Shown: positions 52,250-64,000 of the stretch, one piece after another
Numbering within the stretch: position 1 is the first letter of the stretch
How the letters are laid out: the number at the start of each line of letters is the position of its first letter
Assembly: GCF_964204645.1 (NCBI RefSeq)
Contig: NC_134026.1
Span: forward strand, 15,658,150-15,722,149
DNA from: Tubulanus polymorphus
Taxonomy: Eukaryota; Animalia; Nemertea
Direction: 5' to 3'
Length of the DNA stretch: 64,000 nt
Program-made: the position numbers and the translations under genes
The notes under the pieces: model-generated
The model's database searches: none
Told to the model about the DNA's origin: nothing
Seen by the model: the letters and a program-made list of their open reading frames with translations, nothing else

Positions 52250-52868
52250 TATATTTGACTATAATAATACCATTCCAGTCTTTTGTTTTTGGAAATTTGA
52301 TTAAATCAAATGCATTTATCTTTAGATTATAATCTCTTTTTATTTTTGGAATAATTTTAATTTTAACCGGATAACTGTCTATCTTATGATTATTTTCAAA
52401 TGGTATATAATGTGTTTATCTAAAACTATGTGTAATATCTTCTGTTGGATGTAAGCAACTAATTATTGTCCATAAAAAACATTTATCATCTTCATTTTGT
52501 ACATTTATAACAGCATTAGTTTTAAATGGTAGTTTAATATAACTTGATGCATTTATACTATCATCTTTATAATATGATAAATCATTTTCATCAATTGGTT
52601 TTGATTTAGCAAATTTATTATATTTTGTATTGTCATAAATATTATTTCATCAAATATTAAACCAGATCCTTCAAAATATTTCTCTTCTATTTTATTTTCT
52701 ACTTCATTATAACATTTATTTAATTTATCATCTATCTGTTGTTTTGAAATAATATATTGTGAATGAGAATTTATATTATATATTGGTTTATCTTCAGATT
52801 TTATAAATCTAACTTTATCAGATATACTAATGTTAGGATATTCTACATCTTTAATTATTTTAAAATCA
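52250..52868 (-). pseudogene. Second, diverged copy of the PolB N-terminal region
   Basis: EEKYFEGSGL..ASSYIKLPFKTNAVINVQNEDDKCFLWTIISCLHP, compared with EERYFEGSG..ASSYIKLPFTTKAVINVQNEDNKCFLWSIISCLHP at 24336-24595. Confidence 0.8.
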
Positions 52869-55800
52869 TGTTAGTCGATAAACTTTGTTTCGTCAGTAAC
52901 CGGCACTAACTGGCCTCAAATTTGAAGAACTTGGGAGCTTCTGTCCTGATTGGTCAGTATGATAAAAATGAAAAAACCTCCGATGAAACCCAGGCTCTCA
53001 CCAAGTTTGTACCGTATCTTATCGGGCCACTCATAGTTTTAGTTGTTTTACATCATTCAAGGGTTGTTATTGAATAGCATTACAATAATGAACATTTGTT
53101 CAGACAAAAGGCCCATAATCAATTTTTCGAAGATTTCATTCTCGTTAGTCAGTTATCATTAAATGTTCACACTGATCAAAATTGACTCCTTTTTTATGTG
53201 TTTTTTCTTGTTTTATTTTCAATGAAATGATTTTTTGCATACCGGTAGCCTACGTGACAGATTTTTACTTCACACCAGTTTGCCGAGCCACTGGACCATT
53301 GGTCCTTCATTTAATATTTAAGATTTAATCTTAATATTTTTATCATCATTTTTAAAATATTAAACTTTCACACATTTGAAACATACAATTTTATGCTTTC
53401 ATTTAAATATCTTATTAATTATCATTTTAGTATTTCACTTGTATATATTTGAAACATATAATTAAATAATTAAGATTCAAATATAATATTTCATGAATCA
53501 TTTTTAACATTTTAAACTTTAGTACATATGTGTCAAGACCTTTTCCTCCAGAAAGAAGTGACCAGTACGACTCGGTGTTGACATTAATGTAGTTTATTCT
53601 CAAGTGTTCCCCCTCTTGAAATAATTATCGAAATATGCAAGATTAAAAATACACATACAAGATTTAAACTACACATATTCATTTAGACAAAATGTTCAAA
53701 GTATATTATTTACGACAAATCATCGGATCGCTCCGCCGCCGCGATGGTCGTGATCCTCTCTCCTGCAGCACTCTTGGGTCGCACATTTGCTTCCTGCGCT
53801 GAATTCGTAGCTGAATATTTTGATACGGACGCAAAATCGGTTGACGCATAAACTTCGAGAGGGCATAGTTTCGGCAACGTTCTTTGTGTGACCTCTTGCA
53901 GTTTTTAATGAAACATTGCGTACTTTCCACGATGTAATTCCGTAATTACGCTAAGTCGCCATTTCGATTGTGGCCCATCATCGGGATTTTGAACGACCGA
54001 GCCCTTTTTCACTAATTCCGTATCAACGACTTCACATTTTTGATTCTCGCGTAAATGTTATAAGTACTCGCCTTTCCAGCGCCTCTTATTCACTAAGGAG
54101 CAAACAAAGATATTTCATTCTACGTGTTAACCATTCGAGAGTGACACAAAACTTCGGATCATTCAACTCATTATCTCGTACGCTAGGTTGAGGTAATCCG
54201 GTTATCCGGTGATTGAACATTAACATAGATGGGGTAAATGCTTCTAAATCTGAAAAATCTGAAGTTAGATAGGTCAACGGTCTATCATTTAAGTGAGATT
54301 CAACTTCAATCAAAAAGCTATTTAACTCATCATGGGTAAATAGAGCTCTGTCGAGTACTTATTTGGTCATATTATTCACCAACCCAATCAATCCTTCGTA
54401 AAAAACCCCTGCCAGGGGCCCTCTTGGCTATGAATTGCCATTTTACCCTGTTCACGGATAGAAAGTCCGTTACCTCAACTGATGAAAAGATTTCACCTAG
54501 AATTTTATTCGCCGATGTAAACGTTGTGGCGTTATCAAAAACGCAAGTTCTCGGCAAACCTCTACGACCTGCAAACCTACGTAGCGCTTACAAATAAAGT
54601 TAAATCCCGAACTAGCTCTAAATGCACCGCTCTACTGACAGCACATGTAAATAAACAAACGTGGCATTTAGAGGTCTCGCCACCACATCCCTTAATCACG
54701 AGTGGACCTAAATAATCAATACCAGTATGGTGAAAGACTGGAACCTCTGAAACTCTGATACCAGGTAGTGAAGGAGGGAATGGTAAGAAAAATTAACAAA
54801 CTGATGATACTTGGGAAGCGGTATCGGTCGTTTTGCCAAATAGTCTTAATCTGCGTTTTCTAACCTACCATTCGAATGATGCTCAAGCCATCATTACTAA
54901 CTGTAAATCTTTTATCAATCTGTCAACAACCAGAGCTCTAAATGACTTATCACCCGACAATCGGGCAAACACCAGAGGATATTCTGATCTTTGAATACAC
55001 AATAACCACACTTTCTCAGAATTGTTTAGATCATCAGCCGAAATACTGTCTAAGTTCCTATCAGAAACTTTGAGTCTACAATTAATTATAAAATGAAGTA
55101 CTAAGGTAGTCATTCCGAACAAGTTAGACAATGACGAGAAGCCATTTGCGTCTACTACTTCTGAAATGCCCAAAGATTCACTTTTTTCAATTGGAACAGA
55201 TTATACATGTAGATGCATTTATGTGTGTAACCGGAATTTGATTTATTCGATCTGCTATGTCAATTGTACCGGACAACCACTGTCCGCTAGAAAACAGGCA
55301 TTGTGCAGATACGCCTCTCATCAATAAATCAGCTGGATTTTTATCACCAATACAAAATTGCCAATCCCCAAAATCACAAATAGATTTTATAGCACGAGTT
55401 CTATTGGCAACAAATTCTAGTAACTTTTTATCACTTCTCGGCCAACTCAATACAATCTGACTATCCAAATAATATTTGGTTTCGATTACAGGATACGATT
55501 GTTTTAGTTCATCAAATATATTGCCCTAATTCAGCGCCTAAGGTCGCGGCTATGAGTTCTAAGCGTGGAATTGTAACCTGTTTCAATGGTGCCACTCTGC
55601 CACGACTCAATAAGAATTGAATTTCCCCCCCTTGTTTAAGGTAAGCTACAGCGCCATAAGCCGGCTGACCGGCATTGACAAAAATATGTAATTTTACAGG
55701 TAAATTGGTATCGAAACCATACCATCTTGGTACGTGCATATCTTTGATCGCATAATTCAGATCTGAAACTATTCTTTGCAACTGTAGACGAAATTGCTCT

Positions 55801-56557
55801 GGTACTGGTGTGTCCCAATCGTATGATTCTCTCCAAAATGTTTGAGTCAGTATTTTGTTCCGAATAGAAATTGGTAATAAAAGACCAAACGGATCATAAA
55901 TCTTAGCTAAATTATGAACAATTGTCCCTTTTGTAGTACCAGAGAATCCGTCTAATATAAATAATTTCTTTGAAGGCGATAATATCTTGCTCAATACTCC
56001 AATTCAATCCCAAGACGTGACTTGGATGTTCCAAAATATTCTCAGATTCTGCTAATGAACACACATAATCACTGTTTGAAGACAAGGACCTTAAATTCAT
56101 TCCTGCTAAAGAAAAAATCTCTCTCGAAGACTTAAAATAAACTAAGCTATCTTCTTGCGAATTGCATGATGTCAATATGTTATATACATAAATGTTACGT
56201 AAGATATCTCGTAACTCGTACAACAATTTTTTGTTTCGATCTGACTCCATAAGTGATGTAAGACGGTGCAATTCAAAATAAATGGAGAACAGGTTGCACC
56301 AAATAATACGCGTTTGAAACGATAAGTTTCATTTCAAGACCATTTCAGGATCTGGATTCCCTGGCTCTCTAAACCAAATGAATCTAGTTACATCGCTATC
56401 TTTGGGTCGATGCCTATTTGGAGTAAGGCTTTTTCGATGTCCGCACAAAGACCAATCACATTCAATCCAAATCTCAATGAAATACCCGTGAGATCGATCT
56501 GCAGAGCTGGACCGGGATTTAAACTATCGTTCAAACTAGGTGACCCAAAACTACAAT

Positions 56558-59003
56558 AACTAGGGGTCCAGGGACACCATGCCCACTTGGGAAGTGGTTT
56601 TAAATGCTCAACAATCTAACAATTTCAATATTCAACGCCCCCTGGGGACCATATACAAAAACCAATGACCTTGAAACCCACCACAATCATAGAGCATGTC
56701 AGCAGCTACGATTTCGTAATTGATTGCGAAAACAAAATATGCCTCATTACCAATTTAATAAGCGCACAGCGAGCGCCGAAGGCGAGAGCTGGAAGCTCCT
56801 TAAGTTAATCGCGCGTATGAGGCAAATTCAAACTTTCTATATTTCTCCATACCGTCCTTCTCAAAAAGTGTAGTTTACATCCGGGACACATGGGCATTGG
56901 CTAAATCGCGGCGACGAAAATGACGGTCACGGACGGCCTTTCGTCGGGTACTTTAAATACGTGAATGAAGGATTACAAAATGATTTTGTGTAATTTTCAG
57001 AATATTTACAAAGAATATTCACAAAATATTGTCAAAAAATGATATTTTTAGTTCGTATTTCTCCGTAGAAACCGATTGGAAGACTGGATTCGAATCCCAC
57101 AAAAAGCACAGTCCCTTAGCAACGGGTCGAATTTTTTAGAATAACAAGCGCGCCGGTTTCACAGCATCACTAAGGGTCGAGTCCCGGAGAATAAGGCGCG
57201 CGCGCGGTCCGCGTGTTACAAAAAGACCGTCCCGTTACACACAAGTACTGAATAATTAACTCAAAATTTTGCCAATCCCTTGAGTATAATGCCATATCTT
57301 ATATTTATGTGTCTTTTCAAACGTTATTCCCATTTTCTGTGTCGAGTAAAATTCGTACGCTATAATCCGTATTTAAAATACCGTTGTTCCATTAATTCCG
57401 AACCCATGCAACCCGTTGTTTTACCCCGGCTTAGGAACAAATTTTTAGTGTAAAACATATAAAACTATTGGAGCCATGAGACTTAGGTAGAAATCTGACG
57501 ATTTTTAACTACAGAAAAATTTATTCTCGTGTGATCGATAATAAAGACTCTCAATATGTAATCAACATTCCCAAACTCCCACGTTCTTTTTCGCAGAAAA
57601 TGATTAAAAAAATAATTTAATCACGGGTCCCTTAATTCGCTCGAAGGTCTATCATATTTTGGGTGATTTTCTTTGGTCACGCCATCGGGTTCCTTCCTTC
57701 AGCAAAACCTACATTTTTTACAATGTATAACTTGGGAACAAATTTCTTGTGTAAAACATAAACTGTTAAAGCCGTTCGTAGAACATATCTGACGATACAG
57801 AAAGATTAATCGTCGTATGAAAGATAAAGGCTTTCAATTTGACACTCCCAAAGCACGTTGTTTTTTCGCAAAAATGAATTCCTTTTCTAAACATGTATTT
57901 ATTTGACCACGGCAAATCTTCGCTCTGAATAGATCTTCGACATTTTGGGTGATTTTCTTTGGTCACGGACCACACCGAACACAGTTGCCCCCGCAAAACC
58001 AATGTTTTTTACAATGTAGATCTATATAAGTTGCCGCGAAAAGGCACTCGCCTCTAGTATTTATTCATTAAAACTCTGGCTGTGCGCTTCACCAAGTTTC
58101 GACTTTGACATATTATGGAAATACTAAGTTACTTTACTATTCAACGCCCCCAGGTGACCATATGCAAAACCCAATGACCTTGAAACTATCTACAATCATA
58201 GAAAATGTCATGAACTTTGCAATTGATCATGGTAACAAAATATGCCTAGGTACCAATCTAATGAAGAAATACTAAGTTATTCTACTATTCAACACCCCCT
58301 GGTGACCATATAGAATAACTAAAACCTTGAAACCTTGAAACTCACAAAAATCACAGAACACGTTATGAGCTACTACTTTTCAATTGATTGGATTAACACA
58401 ATATGCTTAGGTATCAATAAAATGCGGAAAAACATTTTTCTACCTACGAATGAGTACGGATGACACCAAGATGGCCGCCAATTGCGTCATAATTAGCTGA
58501 TCAAAAATACCTGTCTCAGGTATAAAACATCCCTTTCCAAAGAATACCCATCAAAAGTTGCAATGAGAAATGGCAAACCAGTAGGAAGCTACAGGACCCA
58601 GAATTCCGGCCAAAATTGACATTCTTGGGCACTAAAAAGGTCTCAGGACGGCCATCTTGTGTCCAATCGACCCACTTTTTCTTATACTGATGGGCGCTTG
58701 GGGTATACAAATATAAACGAAAGATCGAGATAATTGATCAAAGCGTTTTCAAAATTTCCCTCAAAAACTTCAAAAATGTATAAAAAGTGCTGATTTTGGC
58801 GAACAACAATGGCTGCCAGTCGGCCATCTTGATGACAGGGCATGTGTAACCCAAATATCAAGACATTACATTGAAGCGTCTTCAAAACTTCCCAAAATAA
58901 CTGGATTCCGACTACGGACGGACGGACGGACGGACGAACGAACGGGCGGACGAAAAGTTAACGCAATAGCCCGCTGGGACTTAAGTCCTAAGTTGGCTAA
59001 AAA
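56558..59003 (-). mobile_element. HINE-like element, family B, inserted in the BEL RT, with a further nested element at ~56757-58110
   Basis: Family B termini. The flanks rejoin to TTIRIVF-NCSFGSPSLND. The nested insert has AAGCGCACAGC / GCTGTGCGCTT subterminal inverted repeats. Confidence 0.75.
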
Positions 59004-60592
59004 ACGATTCGAATTGTAGTCGTTTTCGATTATCTGTAGACAGGAAAATGCGACAAATAGTGTACTCGTCTCGATGATGGATGTAAATCATCCACCGGAA
59101 CAATCTCAATATAATCTCGTTTTAATTGTTCATCGATAATCTCCGAATAGATTCAGAATTTCTGGAGTTTTCGACAGCTTTTTTAACGTTGATTTAGTCC
59201 TATTTACAACAGCACAATAACTAGTTGTTAACGTATCATGTCCAGTTTTCCAAGGTAATTTCACATAGTATCGACCGTCATCGTCTTTCCATATGAAATC
59301 ACAAATGTACTTATCAACAAAACTTTCATCTGATAATTTTTCAATCCCAATTTCGTCATTCAAAGAGAATTCAGGGTTTGACGAAACACTCATTATCGAA
59401 ATTTTATCATTGGAAGTACCAGTCGGACCCGACACCAAATAACCGACATATGATTTTATAGCTACAGGACCTTGCTTTTATCTCAGAACTAACAAAATCG
59501 TAATAATAATCGCTTCCAATCAAAAGATGAGCTTAAAATTTACCCTTAGTGAATTGGATTATCCAAATGTAAATCTTTGAATTCAGGAATCTCATGAAAA
59601 TCATCCATGTCTAACGGACGGGTACCATTGGAACTACCAAAACAGACACTTCAATCAAATGCGAATCCTCACACTCGATGCCTATTTTTACGACATCCAA
59701 TGTTCTAACTTTTGAATTCTGCGATCCACATGCACCTAAATCTAGTGTTTCAGTTCTACTGGATTTCAAACCTAACTGATTCGCCATTTTGGCAGTCATA
59801 AACGATCGTTGTCAGCCATCATCGAATAATGCATTACAGGACATAATAGAACCACTATACTGGTTTTCGATATTAACAACTGCAGTCCCCAGCAGAACAT
59901 TTCCAAAAGAAAAACACAAACTAATATTTTGTGATGCCGTTTTTTGTCCCAATATGATCATCACTCAGTATCAGAGACTCTGTCTCAGAAATCTGAACTG
60001 ACGAAGACTGCGTTGTCACAGAATTTGTTGATTTGCTCTTAATTCTATTCTGCCCATCGCCTATACTACGGTTTCGACCTTCAGTCATGGAAAATTGTAC
60101 ACCCCTAGACTTTGGACCAGAATAAGGCCGTGTTTTCCTCGTTTGAAAACAAATACTGGTGTGATGTCGCTCTTTACACATGCGACACGAACATTTAGAC
60201 TTGCAGTTTCCGGCATGATGGTTATCTCCTAAACAATTCAAAACACAAAGACTTGTTTCTCAGAATTTCCATCCTTTTTGACATCATTAATTACAGTGCA
60301 TTCGTTAGATGCACGTAAACCTTCGCAAAAAACGCACTTCTTTCTGAAAGTCTGAGCTCCGGTTGATAAGAATAATTGACTTACGGTGCTTGTAACTTCA
60401 ATCATAGCACAATTACTCACATCTTTGATATCAAGAGATATCATTCGACTCAATAATTTCTAATTCGAATCTAAAAAAAATCAAGAAGAGATGTTATTGA
60501 CCATTCACAATTATTGTTTGTACCACACATGTTCCGATAGATTTCATACGGAAGCTTTCTTATAATTATCAGTACCAACATTGTGCCGTAAT

Positions 60593-62719
60593 TTTATTAT
60601 TAGGGTTTCTGCTGCCTCTCTTTCTGCGCGTAGTTTCTATGGATGTACTGTGCTTCCTATTTTAAACTTGAAGTTATTTAAAGATAACACCGGTGGAAAT
60701 AGCAATCATCAATCATGGCGCGCTTACTGGTGCGAATCTGTAAGTTTGTGACGTCATTTCATAAATAAATAAATAAAGATGGAAGGCTCCGAGAATATCC
60801 AAATCACAGGTTACTGTGAATAACTGGGGTTCGACCATTCACAAGTTAAAAATGTACTTCCTTGTTTGTGAAGTAAGTTTATTCATACTGTTATTAAAAG
60901 CAGTCCCTTTTTAACATTCTATAATAGTATAGTTTTGTTCGTGGATATCAATACTTCGAAAAATCAAGAGCGGTTAATTTATTTACTGTACCGGTACGAG
61001 TTTTCTTAATTGAATTGAATTGCTCCGGTCCAAAAGGCGGGTCATACTAGTTAGCGTCAGAAAATGTCAGCGTCGGTGATACCTTGTTATCGTCGATATT
61101 AAACGGTCTATAGTCAGTTTATACATCACATACATTACAAATTGGAGGTCCCTTGTACATGTACATCACATCGTGACGCAGCGGCGATGGTAATGTCATA
61201 GAAGAACAAAGTCAGTTGAAAATACCTACCCACTGCACCGATAAAGAATGATTGTTAGCCAGAGACCAGTGACAGTCAGTAATGGGGAGTGATGGTACCG
61301 TTCGTGATTATGTTTTTTATAATGGTTATTGGACGTCAATTTCATATGTGAATTGTAGTCCCCATCTGATCGCTTGACTTGTCAGTCAGACTGACTTGTC
61401 ACTCCTCTACTAATAGTAACACTATAAGGCCTTCCCTCCTGCATAGTTTGGCTTAAGTCCATTATAGCATTAAATAGTTCCAGCAGAGACTTATCACATT
61501 GGACTGGTATTTGGAATTAATCCGCCAATATTGGACTGATTGAATCTTACGACATTACGCGATAGGGACGTGCGAACATACCGACATACCGACAAACCGA
61601 CGAACCGACAAACCGACGAACCGACAAACCGACATACCGACGAACCGACATACCGACAAACCGACGAACCGACAAAAAACAAATCCGTGCGTGGATTACC
61701 CTTATATAAAGTGGCTGGGATCGAGGGGCTGCGTGGTTGCGTGGATTACCCTGGTTATATAATGTGGCTGGGATCGAGGGGCTGCGTGGTTGCGTGGATT
61801 ACCCTTATATAATGTGGCTGGGATCGAGGGGCTGGGTATATGCGTGGATTACCCGCCGATTTCCCTCATATAAAGTGGCTAGGATCGAGGGGCTGCGTGG
61901 TTGCGTGGATTACCCTTATATAAAGTGGCTGGGATCAAGGGGCTGCGTGGTTGCGTGGATTACCCTTATATAATGTGGCTGGGATCGAGGGGCTGGGTGG
62001 TGCGTGGATTACCCTTATATAATGTGGCTGGGATCGAGGGGCTGGGTGGTGCGTGGATTACCCTAATATAAAGTGGCTGGGATCGAGGGGCTGTGTGGTG
62101 CGTGGATTACCCTTATATAATGTGGCTAGGATCGACGGACAGGGTTTTTCCGTGGATTACCCGTGGCTGGATCGAGGGCATACGAGTTTGTCGGTTTAAC
62201 GGTATGTCGGTTTGTCGGTTCGTCGGTATGTCGGTTCGTCGGTATGTCGGTTTGTCTTGAAAAATACGCAGCCGATTACTCCTTTTCTAAAAATGTATCC
62301 TTGAGCGGGAACTATTCCACGCTATACTGGACTTGAACCCATAGTTAACCCTATATAGGCCAAATTTGTGTTTTGGGCCAAATTCGGTTTTCTTATCTAG
62401 TCGACTTTTTTTCGGAACTAACAATAACCGAATATGCGCTTAAACTGTCACTAGGGAATGGGAAAAACACCATAGCTTCGTTCTTCTCGATGTTTTTTCC
62501 CCCAAAACCCGGCACATTAGTACTTTGCGCGTAATAGTACATGCGCGTAGTAGCACATGTGGGTCAACATATCCATGTTGTGAGTTGACCCCTAGGTGGC
62601 ACTCTTTCAAAAAAACGGAATGTAACGAACTGATTTCGGGTGAAATCTTTGCTCGCATCCCTGAACGACATTCTATCCAGAAAGGCAGAAACCCGTTATC
62701 GCTGCTTGCAGCTATATTT
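60593..62719 (+). mobile_element. HINE-like element related to family A, inserted in the BEL gag
   Basis: 5' TTATTAGGGTTTCTGC; 3' GCAGAAACCCGTTATCGCTGCTTGCAGCTATATTT. Confidence 0.7.
61575..62256. repeat. ~50-bp tandem array (about 10 units) bracketed by inverted 8-bp microsatellites
   Basis: (ACCGACAA/ACCGACGA)n on the left and (TCGTCGGT/TTGTCGGT)n on the right. Central unit GTGGATTACCCTTATATAATGTGGCTGGGATCGAGGGGCTGCGTGGTTGC. Confidence 0.9.
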
Positions 62720-64000
62720 ATTATTATTATTGTAATTATCGTGAGATGTTTCAAGCGCATTCAACGGATGCATATGACGATTACATTCGTCGTAAAATTT
62801 ACGCAGGGATGATCGTTCGTTGTAGGGCGGACTTAAATCAACAAGCGCGGAAAGGTAAGCCTGTGATATCTTGTGATTCTGTCCAAATCGCGTTTTCAAC
62901 AAACTAACAGCTGCTGAATAATTGTCATTCGTCAATGGCAAACCGTCAATGCATGGTCTTGCATCGCCGATTAACACTCTTCAAATAGCTGAATCTTTCG
63001 ATTTCCGAAAATTGCGTGTTGAGATGAACTGACGTTTCGAATAAACCCCAGAACATTGGCCACTCTTATGTGCATAAGAGCACGACCTTTTGACCCCGAA
63101 TATTGTGTCTGGTGCAGCTAACTGGCTGGATGTATTGCCCACTCGCTTCTTCGCACCTCTCCCTACGCCATAGTCCAGGAATCCCGGGATCAAAGTCCCT
63201 AATCCTGAGGATATCACCGACAGCAACAATCAAGGTAATCTGTAATGCAATCAACGTCCATCCCGAGTCAGCAGAAAAGTACACAGAAAAGGGATGGGAA
63301 ATTCCATACGACTTGTATTGCCAAGCAGCCAAAAATCCACAAGACCGCCTCTGCCAGAGTGTTCCTTTCTCAAGTCAAGCAGCCTTAATCGGCATAAGGT
63401 AATTCACAGGATCGGGCCTCACTTAGTTGGAAACAATGACAAGTCCTTTGCGTATGACGATATCCGTCTAGAACTTATCGATGACGATGAGCCTGAATGA
63501 GGAGACGATGATCCGGATTAAGGAGATATTACAGAATTTGAAGAGACATAAACTAATGTCCATGTCTACCGGAATGTATTTGATGCATTATTTACAGAAC
63601 CCATGAAGCATAGACAATTAAACAGAAAATAGGCCATACGTTGTTTTAAACCAATGGTTTATTATCTCAGTACAGTTAAATGTACCTAAAAAGATACATA
63701 ACCAATTGTGAAACTTAATAGTCAGACGCTATACGCTGTAATGGTTTCCTCTAGGTTATGATGAACACAAGTAATAGGGGTAATGGGCTTTCAAGCCAAA
63801 GGTCGAACGGTCGAGCTCATTAAAAAACAAAACATTAAAAGTAATTTAAAACTATAATATATTTTCATAACCGTGTGCATTTTATATTATAACTAAATAT
63901 TTATTCTAAGATATCAATAATTTAAAAAGCATATTGTATAAATCAATTTATTTACAATACACAAATTCATATAATGAAATATATTTTAATAATAATAATT

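Larger units (their letters stand above)
52869..62990 (-). mobile_element. Decayed BEL/Pao LTR retrotransposon (gag, PR, RT, RNase H, IN; candidate 3' LTR 52869-53717)
   Basis: GLPLTNDNYSAAVSLLKTRFG (BEL gag), CLGDNHHAGNC..CRMCKERHHTSIC, YYVKLPWK, IRIVF..SLND.L.PGP, IYDPFGL, APLKQVTIPRLEL, NPADLL.RG, DNATTF, EVESHLNDRPLTY. Many stops and frameshifts. Confidence 0.9.

Noticed and set aside
61691-62180. CRISPR-like or tRNA-like array
   Set aside because: Units are contiguous near-identical monomers without spacers, and no cloverleaf can be formed.

Overview
This is AT-rich eukaryotic (animal, probably marine invertebrate; inference) genomic DNA made almost entirely of nested mobile elements. 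(1) 1-6630: a minus-strand Ty3/Gypsy LTR retrotransposon (LTR, tRNA PBS, gag, pol) carrying an errantivirus/baculovirus-F-like env behind a splice acceptor. (2) 6.6-21 kb: host DNA with a Mutator-like element (9-bp TSD), two exons of a PAN/Apple-domain gene, a local duplication, MITEs and Penelope-type hammerhead remnants. (3) 21.3-23.2 kb: a decayed plus-strand Gypsy cut off in its protease. (4) ~23.2-52.9 kb: a decaying Maverick/Polinton (adintovirus-like) provirus with protein-primed PolB, major capsid, rve integrase, packaging ATPase and several membrane and Zn-finger proteins, interrupted by Helentron-type (HINE/DINE-like) insertions that carry satellite arrays. (5) 52.9-63 kb: a decayed minus-strand BEL/Pao element with more nested insertions. 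The highlight is an uninterrupted 354-codon intein with two LAGLIDADG motifs inserted in the catalytic YxD|TDS motif of the Maverick PolB, the pol-c site used by giant-virus and archaeal PolB inteins, although it lies in an apparently animal genome. Nearly every Maverick ORF also starts in a poxvirus-late-like TAAATG motif. All calls come from reading motifs by eye; no database searches were run.
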